NCBI GenBank assembly: GCA_047639475.1
Contig: JBLIOD010000010.1
Span: 1,454-65,453 of the forward strand
Length of the DNA: 64,000 nt
From: Gammaproteobacteria bacterium
GTDB taxonomy: Bacteria; Pseudomonadota; Gammaproteobacteria; Arenicellales; Poriferihabitantaceae
Direction: 5' to 3'
Part shown: positions 1-10,099 of the stretch, in pieces
Position numbering within the stretch: the stretch's first letter is position 1
How the letters are laid out: each line of letters starts with the position of its first letter
Notes under the pieces: model-generated
Seen by the model: the letters and a program-made list of their open reading frames with translations, nothing else
The model's database searches: none
What the model was told of the DNA's origin: nothing
Made by a program: the position numbers and the translations under genes

Positions 1-1
1 T

Positions 2-142
2 ATCTGGCACGAAGGCGTGTTCCCGGTTACCGACAAACAGCGCTTTTTAGACCGACAAGGTAAAGTGCATGCACGGGTGAGTTGTGATTTTGGTGAAGAA
101 TTTGGCGTTTATATTTCGGTGCCAACACCCCTCACTTTCTAG
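2..142 (+). CDS. 3' end of a ureidoglycolate lyase/hydrolase-like (cupin) protein, partial
   Basis: Manual translation from position 2: IWHEGVFPVTDKQRFLDRQGKVHARVSCDFGEEFGVYISVPTPLTF*, TAG at 140-142. The WH-containing cupin segment resembles AllA-like proteins. Confidence 0.5.
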   Translation: MWHEGVFPVTDKQRFLDRQGKVHARVSCDFGEEFGVYISVPTPLTF

Positions 143-183
143 GGCTGCGCAGAGAATAGTGATCCATCCTCTTTTTCATAAAT

Positions 184-1395
184 ATGCTTTACAAAATTCA
201 AATACTGATTCTTGTCTTGTTTGCCTTCGCTTTCTACTATGAGGCCAGGTTATACCCCGAAATCAGAGAGCCCTCAATCAGCTTATGACGTAGATACGGA
301 TGAAGTAGACCCGATTGAAACAGAAAATTCTGTGACGCTAAACCGTTCATGACCTGTCGCAGCACGCTCTGATAACTTGCTCGAAAATGGTGAATTTGAG
401 AAATCACTGACTGCTTGGAATTATGAAACGGGCGTTTACTGGTCAGATAACGGGGGAACGGCTGATAGCGGAGCGCTTTTATTAAATGCCCCTCAAATCG
501 AAACCGAATCTAAGATCATCTACGAGAAGTGAGTTGCGCAATGTGTTCCCCTCAATGATGGCGCTCTTTTCGCCTTTGAAGCGAGCTTTTGATACCTCAA
601 CAGACTGCCTAGCAGTCCCAGTGTAAATCGAATAAACGTTATCTGGTATGACGCACCGGATTGCACAAATGTGGTCAATTTGGAGGTTACTTAGAACCAG
701 GACTAGAGAAACAAAACTGGCAGAAAGTTTATCGTGGGAAGTTAAAACCGTCTCTAGGTGCGAAGAGTGCGCAAATTGAAATTGTGCAAAGTCAGCGCGG
801 AAACAACCATCCCGAAGCGATTTGGGATGATATTTCTTTCTCGATTGCGAGCACCACAACCTATGAAGATACCTGCGAAGAGAGCACTGAGATAACCACT
901 CGGCCCTTGGGTGACAATTACTTACTTAATTCTGGATTTAATACCAACTTGCAGTCTTGGCTACCTACCCGATGAAAACGACTAGAATGGATATCTCTAA
1001 ACAACAGTGACAGAGGGGGTGTTATTTCAGCCACCTTACCGAACGAAAGAGATAGCTCAATCGGAACAGGGTCTTTTAAACAATGCGTAAATATTGGTTC
1101 GAACACGCGATTTAAGGTAGGTGCTCTGGTGAAAATTGCGGAAACCTCATCTGAGCGCGGCGGTGGACGACTTCGCCCTACATGGTACGAACACCATGAC
1201 TGCAAAGGAAGTCATCGTACCTCAAGCAGACATGCAGATGTAGACAAAGACGCTGGTGGGTGGCAAACGCTCTTTGTAGACAAGCTCATCCCTCCTCAAA
1301 ACTCGAAGAGTATGGCCATTTCTATTATTCACACCATTGAGGGACCGGGAGAACATGTGATGCTTTTGGATGATATCTATTTCAGAGCGTACTGA
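184..1395 (+). pseudogene. Degraded secreted protein with two tandem CBM4/9-like (galactose-binding-fold) domains
   Basis: Signal-like N-terminus MLYKIQILILVLFAFAF. Two repeats begin NLLENGEF / NYLLNSGF and end WDDISF / LDDIYF. In-frame TGA at 350, 530, 590 and 973, plus frameshifts near 270 and 670. ORFs 661..975 and 1129..1395 are fragments of it. Confidence 0.75.
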
Positions 1396-1510
1396 CTGCA
1401 TCACCTAGTCAGCTAAGTTTCAAGGAAGAAAAATGACAAAGAGGTCTTACCCCAATTCTCTACTTGCGGTTATAAAAGTACTTCCATTCAACCCCAATAG
1501 TAGCAAGACA

Positions 1511-2362
1511 CTAGGAAGATAACGCAGCCTCACGAACCGACTCCAGCAGCTGATCTATCCAAGGCCAACCTTCCATCGCGAGTTTATTTGTCACCAAATA
1601 AGCGTTTCTGGAGAATTCTGGCGCTCCTTCTACCAAATGCAACGCGCCGCTTCGTAGTTCATCCACTATGAGGTGATGAGGCAAGTAACCTGATCCGCCT
1701 TGCTTGAGCATGATGCCTTTGGCCCACACTGAAGAACTGATAGTTTTCAAAGGAGTGTCACCATCTGGATAGGCAGCGGCATGGTTTTTGCGAAAAGCTT
1801 CTCCTGCGTCGACATAAATGTAATTTGGGTCCCAGCGCATTAGCGGCCGCTTTGTTTGCGAAACCAGTACTCGCCTTTCAGTAAACATCAAGATTTCTTG
1901 ACGGGTATCACTCAGAGTTGGCGAGTAGCATAGAGCAGCATCTATTAAGCCGCTGCTCAACCAACGTTCTAGTTCAACTTGATCAGCAGACCAAGCAGAA
2001 GCTGCGACCTCTTCCCCTAACTCATCCACTTTTTGTATTAAGCCATCGCCATAAACCGGCCACAAGTCTGGATGGCAACCAAAATTAAACACGGCCGCAA
2101 CAGACGGTGACAAAGACGTTTCTTGCTGCGCTTGACGCCAAACATCGACCATTAATTGCGCATATCGATGGAAACGAAAACCGGCTGAGGTGAACTCTGC
2201 ACCTGACTTTTTACGGTGGAATAGTACCTGACCCAATTCCGCCTCTAAGGCGTTCAACCGAGCTGTCACCGTAGACTGTGTTACGTTAAGCTGTTCTGCC
2301 GCTCGATTTAATTGACCCACTTCAGCAATCGCTAAAAACGTTCTAACTGATGCTAAATTCAT
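1511..2362 (-). CDS. LysR-family transcriptional regulator
   Basis: N-terminal HTH (FLAIAEVGQLNRAAEQLNVTQSTVTARLNALE); divergent from the monooxygenase operon. Confidence 0.95.
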   Translation of the reverse strand: MNLASVRTFLAIAEVGQLNRAAEQLNVTQSTVTARLNALEAELGQVLFHRKKSGAEFTSAGFRFHRYAQLMVDVWRQAQQETSLSPSVAAVFNFGCHPDLWPVYGDGLIQKVDELGEEVAASAWSADQVELERWLSSGLIDAALCYSPTLSDTRQEILMFTERRVLVSQTKRPLMRWDPNYIYVDAGEAFRKNHAAAYPDGDTPLKTISSSVWAKGIMLKQGGSGYLPHHLIVDELRSGALHLVEGAPEFSRNAYLVTNKLAMEGWPWIDQLLESVREAALSS

Positions 2363-2470
2363 TTGATATTACAATATTTGATTTATTCGAACATAATGAT
2401 CAATATTATTCGTTTGTCAACTTTTATTGAGTAAGACAAACTACCTAAACAAACAAACCAGATTCTGTTC

Positions 2471-3493
2471 ATGTTATTCAGTATTCAACTTTCCGCCTAT
2501 TATCCTGACCGTAACTACGGTGGTGATCGCATCTATCAGGACATGCTCGAGCAAGCCGTGCTGGCTGACACACTGGGTTATGACGCGGTGTCTATTACCG
2601 AACACCACCTCATCAATATCCTGATGATGCCAGCGCCGCTACAATTCGCCGTGAAAATCGCTTCAATGACCAAACAGGTTAAGATCCTCACCAGCGTGAC
2701 CGTATTGCCATTACATGATATGAGAACTTACGCAGGGGAAGTTGTCTGCGCAGACATTTTCACAGACGGGCGCCTGATGTTAGGCGTGGGCCGCGGCGCC
2801 TTTGGATTTGAGATGGATCGTCTCGGTGTGCCGCTGAGCGAAAGCCGTGAAAAATTTGACGAATCACTCAATGTGCTACAAGCACTGCTCAATGAAGAAG
2901 AAGTGTCCTGGGATGGAAAATATTATCAATTTGAGCCCCTCACTGTTATGCCTCGACCAGTGCGTGAAATCCCTATCATGATGGGTGTTCTGGTTCCAGA
3001 AGCCATATACCACTGCACCAAACGCGGCTTTCACATTCAAACCACCCCTCTATCTGGCAGCAACCAGCATATGCTCGACCAAGTCGATGCCTTTAACCGT
3101 GGCAAGGCTGCGCTAGGTAAGGCAGGGGAACACTTGAGTCTGTCGTTATCACGCCTCTGCTTTGTATCGACCAGCGAGGCTGACCGCAACAAGAAAATAC
3201 AATTAGCGCATGATTACTATGGGCAATTCGATAACGTATTTACCGGGCCTGGTATTGTGAACAACGGCGTAATTAAACCCATGCCCCGAGAAATGACTAT
3301 AGACCAAACTGCTGAGAACTTAACCATTTGCACCACCAACGAAATGATTGATAAGCTTGGCATGTACGCAGAAGCGGGCGTCGACCGCTTTATCATGAAC
3401 GTGAATTTTGGCGTCAGCCAGACTGAAACACTAGAATCTATACAAATTTTCGCCGAAGAGGTGATGCCTCATTTCAGCAAAAGTACCACTTAA
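2471..3493 (+). CDS. LLM-class (luciferase-like) flavin-dependent monooxygenase
   Basis: TEHH motif, GRLMLGVGRGA, C-terminal FAEEVMPHF. Confidence 0.92.
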   Translation: MLFSIQLSAYYPDRNYGGDRIYQDMLEQAVLADTLGYDAVSITEHHLINILMMPAPLQFAVKIASMTKQVKILTSVTVLPLHDMRTYAGEVVCADIFTDGRLMLGVGRGAFGFEMDRLGVPLSESREKFDESLNVLQALLNEEEVSWDGKYYQFEPLTVMPRPVREIPIMMGVLVPEAIYHCTKRGFHIQTTPLSGSNQHMLDQVDAFNRGKAALGKAGEHLSLSLSRLCFVSTSEADRNKKIQLAHDYYGQFDNVFTGPGIVNNGVIKPMPREMTIDQTAENLTICTTNEMIDKLGMYAEAGVDRFIMNVNFGVSQTETLESIQIFAEEVMPHFSKSTT

Positions 3494-3515
3494 TGAATCG
3501 TAGCTAAAAACTAAA

Positions 3516-3713
3516 ATGCCTATTATCAGAGTAGAAATGTTCACAGGACGCTCGCGCGATCAAAAACGTGAACTCGTTAAAGAACTAACCGACACCTTTA
3601 TCCGCGTGGCGGGCGGTAAGCCGGAAACGGTTACCGTTGTTATCACTGACGTCGAGAAAGAAAACTGGGGCAGTGGTGGCAACCTAGTGGTTGATAGATT
3701 TCCAGGCGAATGA
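3516..3713 (+). CDS. 4-oxalocrotonate tautomerase family protein
   Basis: 65 aa, N-terminal catalytic Pro (MPIIRVEM..GRSRDQKRELV), NWGSGG. Confidence 0.92.
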   Translation: MPIIRVEMFTGRSRDQKRELVKELTDTFIRVAGGKPETVTVVITDVEKENWGSGGNLVVDRFPGE

Positions 3714-4483
3714 CAGCGGTAGATTGTGCTTATACCATCAGCGGACATGGCCCCGCGCTATACATGGTGCATGGCATTGGCTCTCGAAAAACCACTTGGG
3801 ATGGACTGGTACCAGAGCTTGAAAAACACTTTACTTGTGTACGCTATGATTTACGTGGTCATGGCGAAAGCCCCATTCCACAAACCCCCTATAGCCTGGA
3901 CCAATTGGTAGAAGACTTAGAGGCTTTACGCGCCAAATTAGGGCATTCGAAAATTCATGTTGTCGGCCACTCTTTAGGCGGAATGATTGGCCCTGCTTAC
4001 GCCAAAACCCATCCAGACAAAACGCTTAGTGTTGGCCTACTTAGCACCGCTGCCGGAAGGACAGAAGAAGACCGCAGCAAGCTGCAAGGGGTATATCAAG
4101 CCATGCTGGATAAAGGCATCATCCCCATACTTAGTACCTTAATTGAACGCTGGTACACCGATGACTTTATTGAAAAGCGCCCCGATCTTATCGAGGCACG
4201 CTTACAACAAGTTAGAGACACACCTGACGGCGTGTTCTTAAGCGTTTTCGATATTTACGCCACCACTGAAATGGCGCCTTGGTTACATGAAATAAATTGC
4301 CCCTGTTTGGTACTTACGGGCGAACTTGATGGCGGTTGCAATCCCCGGTTAAACAAGTTTATACACTCACAGCTGCCTAACTCAGAACTCGTTATTTTAG
4401 ATGGGATTAAACACTCAATATTGGTGGAAACGCCAGATAGGGTTCTACTGAGGCTTAAACAATTTTTACAACTTAATTCTTAG
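3710..4483 (+). CDS. Alpha/beta hydrolase (enol-lactone hydrolase-like)
   Basis: HGIG, YDLRGHG, nucleophile GHSLGG, C-terminal His (IKHSIL); ATGA overlap with the tautomerase. Confidence 0.92.
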   Translation: MTAVDCAYTISGHGPALYMVHGIGSRKTTWDGLVPELEKHFTCVRYDLRGHGESPIPQTPYSLDQLVEDLEALRAKLGHSKIHVVGHSLGGMIGPAYAKTHPDKTLSVGLLSTAAGRTEEDRSKLQGVYQAMLDKGIIPILSTLIERWYTDDFIEKRPDLIEARLQQVRDTPDGVFLSVFDIYATTEMAPWLHEINCPCLVLTGELDGGCNPRLNKFIHSQLPNSELVILDGIKHSILVETPDRVLLRLKQFLQLNS

Positions 4484-4685
4484 CAAGTAAATATTACTCC
4501 CCCCTGTAAAAAATACTGTTGCCTTGTTTACGCCATGAAATCGCTTGTAAAGTATAGTATTTTCTTTCCACGCACATTAAAGACTATAATGGCCACGGTT
4601 AACAAGAAAAATCGACCATTCAACAACAATAACAACAGATTTAACCTCAATTTGCATAGCCATCGTACTTTTTGTTTCGGCTCCA

Positions 4686-4964
4686 TTGTCAGCTAAAACA
4701 CCCGACAAACTGACACCGTCTGTAGAAACAATTTGTAATATATTTTCAGGCAATAATAGCGGCGCATTCGGCCTTTGCAATGCCTATTGTGAAGCCATGG
4801 ATTGCAGAGACCCCTATCAGCACGCTGCTAACCGAGCTTGTGGACGAGTAAACGATAACTTTGAGAAGCAATATGGCGTCCATTTACCCGAAGGCTTAAA
4901 CGGTACAGATGATGCTGGGAATCCAATAAACAACTGCTTAGGCGATGACGACTCCGACAACTAA
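4686..4964 (+). CDS. Small Cys-rich secreted protein, start uncertain
   Basis: Six Cys (GLCNAYCEAMDC core). A hydrophobic signal-like stretch LTSICIAIVLFVSAPLSA lies in frame upstream of and across the TTG start, with no in-frame ATG. Confidence 0.6.
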   Translation: MSAKTPDKLTPSVETICNIFSGNNSGAFGLCNAYCEAMDCRDPYQHAANRACGRVNDNFEKQYGVHLPEGLNGTDDAGNPINNCLGDDDSDN

Positions 4965-5311
4965 AATGCACATTACACAGTAGGCTAGAAATACTGTCTA
5001 CGCTCTTTAAAAAGCCCAGCATGTATTTGCCGTTCTTTTTTTTACGCTGAATAACCTACCATCCTTTTCTCAACCACGTGCACCAGTTCGTTTAGATTAG
5101 CCTAGGTTCTATCTAACCGTACTCGAATCTACGGAAAAGCCATCGCTATAATATCCACCCGCCATTACGCGATACCCTCCTTGATGCATTCGCAGAATCA
5201 ATAAAGGCTTATATCTAACCCTGTAATCTTTTATCATCGCTTATCTGAGAGTTTAATCTCATTAATCGCTAGGTAAAGTGCCGAGCACATTACTTTACTT
5301 TTTGCATCCCT

Positions 5312-6463
5312 ATGTTTCTTTCTACTATCACCGCTGGATTCATTGCCATTTTGGTAGGTTATACCGGTTCGGCAGCTATCGTATTTCAAGCTGCGTCCAG
5401 TGCAGGGGCCGACCAAGCCATGATTGCTTCGTGGATGTTTGCCTTAGGCATCGCCATGGGCGTGACCACCTTGGGTTTGTCTTGGTTTTATAAGGCGCCC
5501 ATTCTGACGGCTTGGTCAACACCCGGTGCTGCCGTTCTAGTAACCTCTCTAGGCGGCTTTTCGTTGGCTGAAGCCACCGGTGCTTTCATTGCTTCCGCCT
5601 TATTAATCATCTTGTTTGGGATTACTGGCTGGTTCGAAAAATTGATGAAAAAAATACCTTTGGGCATCGCAGCGGCTTTACTTGCGGGGGTACTGGGCAA
5701 ATTTGGCATGGATGTCTTCGTATCCATGCAAGCTAGTTGGCAATTGGTATTACCGATGTTTATTACTTATTTAGTGTGTAAACGTTTTACCAAAATTTAC
5801 GCCATTCCTTTGGTTTTTTTATTCGGCATTTTGTTGTCTAGCTTATTGGGTTTATCGAACTACAACGCCGTGGAATTATCAATTACCGAATTGATTTGGA
5901 CCACGCCTAGCTTCACCCTTGCCAGTATATTATCAATTGGATTGCCGTTATTTGTCGTCACCATGACTTCACAAAATGTACCTGGTGTTGCCGTCTTACG
6001 CAGCAATGGCTATGACACTCCCATTTCCCCAGTCATCACCACTACCGGCTTAGCCACCTTAGTGATGGCGCCATTTGGCGGGTATGCTATTAACTACGCA
6101 GCTATCACCGCAGCAATTTGCGCTGGCGAAACAGCCCACCCTAATAAGCAAAAACGCTACTACGCCACTTTAAGTGCTGGTGTTTTTTATCTGCTAACCG
6201 GTTTATTCGCGGCCACTTTCGCCAGTTTGTTTTTTGCATTTCCCAAGGCCTTGGTATTGTCCATTGCGGGCTTAGCCTTACTGGCCACCATCTCCAATGG
6301 CTTACATCAAGCGATGACCGAAGCCGAGCTAAGAGAGCCCGCCTTAATCACGTTCTTGGTCACGCTTTCTGGCATGGAGCTGTTCTCAATTGGTTCGGCT
6401 TTTTGGGGCGTGGTATTCGGTCTGCTCAGTGCGTTCGCCCTTAACTATCGAACCAGTCGATAA
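5312..6463 (+). CDS. benE: Benzoate/H+ symporter BenE family transporter
   Basis: PILTAWSTPGAA, PLFVVTMTSQNVPG and AAITAAIC motifs; polytopic membrane protein. Confidence 0.9.
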   Translation: MFLSTITAGFIAILVGYTGSAAIVFQAASSAGADQAMIASWMFALGIAMGVTTLGLSWFYKAPILTAWSTPGAAVLVTSLGGFSLAEATGAFIASALLIILFGITGWFEKLMKKIPLGIAAALLAGVLGKFGMDVFVSMQASWQLVLPMFITYLVCKRFTKIYAIPLVFLFGILLSSLLGLSNYNAVELSITELIWTTPSFTLASILSIGLPLFVVTMTSQNVPGVAVLRSNGYDTPISPVITTTGLATLVMAPFGGYAINYAAITAAICAGETAHPNKQKRYYATLSAGVFYLLTGLFAATFASLFFAFPKALVLSIAGLALLATISNGLHQAMTEAELREPALITFLVTLSGMELFSIGSAFWGVVFGLLSAFALNYRTSR

Positions 6464-6484
6464 ACCCTCACCCAGCCATTATTT

Positions 6485-8278
6485 GTGACTCAAACAGCGC
6501 TAGAAATTCTCAATAAAACCTATGGTTACGATGCCTTTCGTGACGACCAAGAAGCCGTCATCAATGCCGCCATCGAGGGCAAAGATGCTTTAGTGTTGAT
6601 GCCTACTGGCGGCGGTAAATCATTGTGTTATCAAATCCCCGCTTTAGTCAGAAAAGGCATGGGCATTGTGGTTTCACCTTTAATCGCGCTGATGCAAGAC
6701 CAAGTGTCTGCTTTGCAGCAACTAGGCATCAACGCCGCCTTCTTGAACTCTTCGCTGAATGAAGATCAAAAACGACATGTGGCCGCGCAAATGCACGCCG
6801 GCGAATTAGATATTTTATATGTTGCGCCTGAACGTTTATCTAAAAGCGGCTCGCTAGAATGGCTAAGCCAGTTCCCTATTTCACTAATAGCCATAGATGA
6901 AGCGCATTGTGTATCGCAGTGGGGGCATGATTTCAGAGTCGATTATCTCACCCTTAATCGACTTAAAACGGCATTCCCTGGTGTTCCACGTCTCGCACTC
7001 ACGGCCACGGCAACCCCGCGCTCTCGTGTTGATATTCTTAGTAATTTGGATCTAACCGATCCAACCGTTTTTGTCAGCAGTTTTGACCGAGCTAATATCC
7101 GCTACAACGTGGCATCGAAAACAGAACCTAAAGCGCAGTTGCTAAAGTTCCTCGACGGGCGCAAAAAGGAAAGCGGCATTGTTTATTGCCTATCGCGTAA
7201 AAGCGTCGATAGCACCGCATTGTGGCTACAAGATAAAGGTCTAAACGCTTTTCCATATCACGCCGGTTTAGATTCACAAACACGCTCGGAAAACCAGGCT
7301 CGCTTCTTGCGAGAAGATGCCATTGTTATGGTTGCCACAGTCGCCTTCGGTATGGGCATAGATAAGCCAGATGTCCGTTTTGTCGCTCACTTGGACTTAC
7401 CCAGCAGCATCGAGGCCTACTACCAAGAAACAGGCCGTGCAGGGCGTGACGGCCTACCCGCTGAAGCATGGATGGTGTACGGCCTTAAAGACGTGGTACA
7501 GCGTAGCCAAATGGTCGCCAAATCTGAGGGCAGCGAACAACATAAAAATAACGAACGAAACAAGCTAGACACTTTACTCGGTTGGTGCGAAACCACTCAC
7601 TGTCGACGCCAATCACTGCTGAGTTACTTTGGGGAAACCCTTGATGAGCCTTGTGGAAATTGCGATACCTGCTTAACACCGCCTGCCACTTGGGATGCGA
7701 CCACCGCCGCGCAAAAATTGTTGTCATGTGTATATAGAACAGAACAACGCTTCGGTGCCATTCACATCATCGACGTACTACAAGGCAAAGACAACGCCAA
7801 GATTCGACAACACAATCATCAAACCCTCAGCACCTATGGTATTGGCAACGAGCTTATATCCAATCAATGGCGCTCAGTAATTCGTCAATTAATCGTGCGT
7901 GGATTTTTAGTCTCCGATGCTGAAAAATTCAGCGCCTTGGTACTAACAGATTCATCTCGTGGTTTGCTTAAAGGAGACATTGAAGTTCACCTACGTGAGG
8001 ACGTGAAAGACCCTGAACCGAGTAAATCCAGTCGTTCAAAAATCCGCATTAACAGCGAAGACCGTGTACTTTGGGAAGCATTACGGGCGTGTAGAAAAAC
8101 CTTAGCAGATGAGCACAGCATCGCTCCCTATATGGTTTTCCATGACTCAACCCTGCTAGAGATTCTAGAAGAACAACCCATTAATGATACTGAGTTCTTA
8201 CAAATTAGCGGTGTAGGCGAAAGTAAACTAACTAAGTTTGGTGAAGCTTTTATGGATGTGGTGAGAGAACATATTTAG
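6485..8278 (+). CDS. recQ: ATP-dependent DNA helicase RecQ
   Basis: [36 protein letters not shown], Zn-binding CGNCDTC, RQC and HRDC domains. Confidence 0.98.
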   Translation: MTQTALEILNKTYGYDAFRDDQEAVINAAIEGKDALVLMPTGGGKSLCYQIPALVRKGMGIVVSPLIALMQDQVSALQQLGINAAFLNSSLNEDQKRHVAAQMHAGELDILYVAPERLSKSGSLEWLSQFPISLIAIDEAHCVSQWGHDFRVDYLTLNRLKTAFPGVPRLALTATATPRSRVDILSNLDLTDPTVFVSSFDRANIRYNVASKTEPKAQLLKFLDGRKKESGIVYCLSRKSVDSTALWLQDKGLNAFPYHAGLDSQTRSENQARFLREDAIVMVATVAFGMGIDKPDVRFVAHLDLPSSIEAYYQETGRAGRDGLPAEAWMVYGLKDVVQRSQMVAKSEGSEQHKNNERNKLDTLLGWCETTHCRRQSLLSYFGETLDEPCGNCDTCLTPPATWDATTAAQKLLSCVYRTEQRFGAIHIIDVLQGKDNAKIRQHNHQTLSTYGIGNELISNQWRSVIRQLIVRGFLVSDAEKFSALVLTDSSRGLLKGDIEVHLREDVKDPEPSKSSRSKIRINSEDRVLWEALRACRKTLADEHSIAPYMVFHDSTLLEILEEQPINDTEFLQISGVGESKLTKFGEAFMDVVREHI

Positions 8279-8282
8279 AAAA

Positions 8283-8960
8283 GTGGCCACATGGAACATC
8301 GCTATTGTTGGCTCAGGGATTGCTGGTTTATCTAGCGCAGCCTTTCTAAAGCAAGCAGGTCATGAAGTTCACGTTTTCGAATCATTTGAGAAACCCGCCC
8401 CCGTAGGAGCGGGTCTACTCATTCAACCCACGGGCTTGTCCGTTTTGACTAAGCATGGACTGTCTGAGAAAGTTATCCAAGGTGGCCAGCGAATTAATCG
8501 CCTATTGGGAAAGCGAGCGGGGCCACTCACGCTACGCTAGATGTTAAATATCGTGATTTTGACCCTAAACTGTTTGGGATAGGAATACATCGCTCCACTT
8601 TGTTTTAGACGCTGCTAGAACAAGTGCAATCTATGGGAGTTGCTATTCATAACAGTCACAAAGCGACTTCTATTACCAAATCCGTTCTAACTTTCGAAAA
8701 CGACTCTAGCAGTGGCCCATTCGATTTAATCATTGACGCTTCAGGTGCTCGATCAGCCCTGAGAGATCTTTATGCTAAGGGTAAAACTAACCGACCTTAT
8801 GATTATGGGGCGCTCTGGTCTACAGTCAGTCTTTCGGGTTCCCACTTCCCTCTAGACCAACTTACACAAAAGTATAAAGGGGCTCATCATATGATAGGTG
8901 TATTGCCAGTTGGTCAGATTAACGGAGAAAAGCGTGCAGCTTTTTTCTGGAGCTTAAAAG
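8283..8960 (+). pseudogene. FAD-dependent monooxygenase, frameshifted and truncated
   Basis: GxGxxG (IVGSGIAGL) and DASGARS motifs. A 5-bp duplication ACGCT at 8529-8538 shifts the frame, there is an in-frame TAG at 8606, and the C-terminal half is missing. Confidence 0.85.
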
Positions 8961-9141
8961 CACCTACGACAAACAACTCCCAGTTTTGCCCTTTGTGGGC
9001 GTCAAACTGTGCTGCGTCATCCAAAAAAAAACTTACAACGGTCTTTGGCTAGCCTTGCGCGTCAAAACAAGTGTCAGCGTTTTTCAGAAGCTCAGGACGC
9101 TTGTAGGTAGGACATATACCACTCATATAGGCCAGCCTCAT
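8960..9141 (-). pseudogene. N-terminal remnant of a family 2 glycosyltransferase
   Basis: Manual translation MRLAYMSGICPTYKRPELLKNADTCFDAQG*PKTVVSFFLDDAAQF... matches the GT2 N-terminal pattern (PTYxR..L...Q.YP..E...DD). In-frame TAG at 9049-9051. Confidence 0.65.
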
Positions 9142-9189
9142 TTCACGCATATGGGGCGATAGTTAACGCTCGTTTTAACAAGTTTCAAT

Positions 9190-9660
9190 CTAGAAATCCA
9201 ATAGCTCAACATCAAAAATTAATGTTGACCCTGGCGTTATCTTTCCCGCACTGCGGTCGCCATAAGCCAAGTTACTGGGAATAAAAAAACGTGTTTTATC
9301 GCCAACAACCATTAGCTGCAGACCCTCTGTCCAACCTTTAATGACTTGATTTAAACCAAACTCAATTGGCTCACCCCTGTCTACAGAGCTATCGAAAACC
9401 GTGCCATCGATCAAGGTACCATGATAATGCACTTTGACTTTACTGGTTGCGCTCGGGCGAGCTGTACCAGCACCCTGATTTAATGCCAAGTACTGTAAAC
9501 CTGACCCGGTCACTACCACGCCCTCTTTCTTCGCATTTTCTGCTAAGAAAGCTGCCCCTTGTTGCTTTACCAATTCGGTATCAGCGCCACCGTTAAACAT
9601 TTTCTTTGCCATAAATGCGGCAACTACCACCAACAATCCGATAAAAATAAACTTAGCCAT
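9190..9660 (-). CDS. FKBP-type peptidyl-prolyl cis-trans isomerase
   Basis: [44 protein letters not shown]. Confidence 0.97.
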   Translation of the reverse strand: MAKFIFIGLLVVVAAFMAKKMFNGGADTELVKQQGAAFLAENAKKEGVVVTGSGLQYLALNQGAGTARPSATSKVKVHYHGTLIDGTVFDSSVDRGEPIEFGLNQVIKGWTEGLQLMVVGDKTRFFIPSNLAYGDRSAGKITPGSTLIFDVELLDF

Positions 9661-10099
9661 TGTGAAACCTTCTTTAATCTTATTAATAAAATAGTAGAGT
9701 CCGCACCATCAGTTGTCAACTGGGTGAACCGTAGGCCGGCCTTTACCGTAGTAGACCAGTTTATAGCTTATCAAAATATACCCACGTCTGGCCATTCTCC
9801 TTTTTTTAAAGTGCTCTAGCGTGTTGCGCACCCAGTAAGCAACCTTTGTATCGCTACGCCTTTTTCAAATGTGCCCATGAACTGCTTTAAAACCACTGAC
9901 GTCGGATTTCAATCACTCTCTCTAGGGCCAATTAAATGCATCGCTTGTATATTTAAACTGACCACTTCTTTGAGTTTTATAACAGCACAACCATAATACC
10001 ATCTAAGTAAGGTCACCTCAATCCGGTGCGCCCACGATACCGCTTTCAAACGATGTCCTAAAGTTGTTGATCACTGAATAATGAAAAGAAACCCCTAAG

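Noticed and set aside
350-975. TGA recoding (Trp/Gly/Sec) suggested by four in-frame TGA codons
   Set aside because: The same gene also has frameshifts, many intact genes end in TGA (e.g. mraZ, murE, glyQ), and other pseudogenes carry TAA/TAG stops. Ordinary decay explains it.
4970-5300. Possible gene remnant on the minus strand
   Set aside because: Only short open stretches, with no motif I can recognise.
9670-9960. Possible eroded gene upstream of the FKBP gene
   Set aside because: Coding-like composition, but no assignable family or consistent frame.
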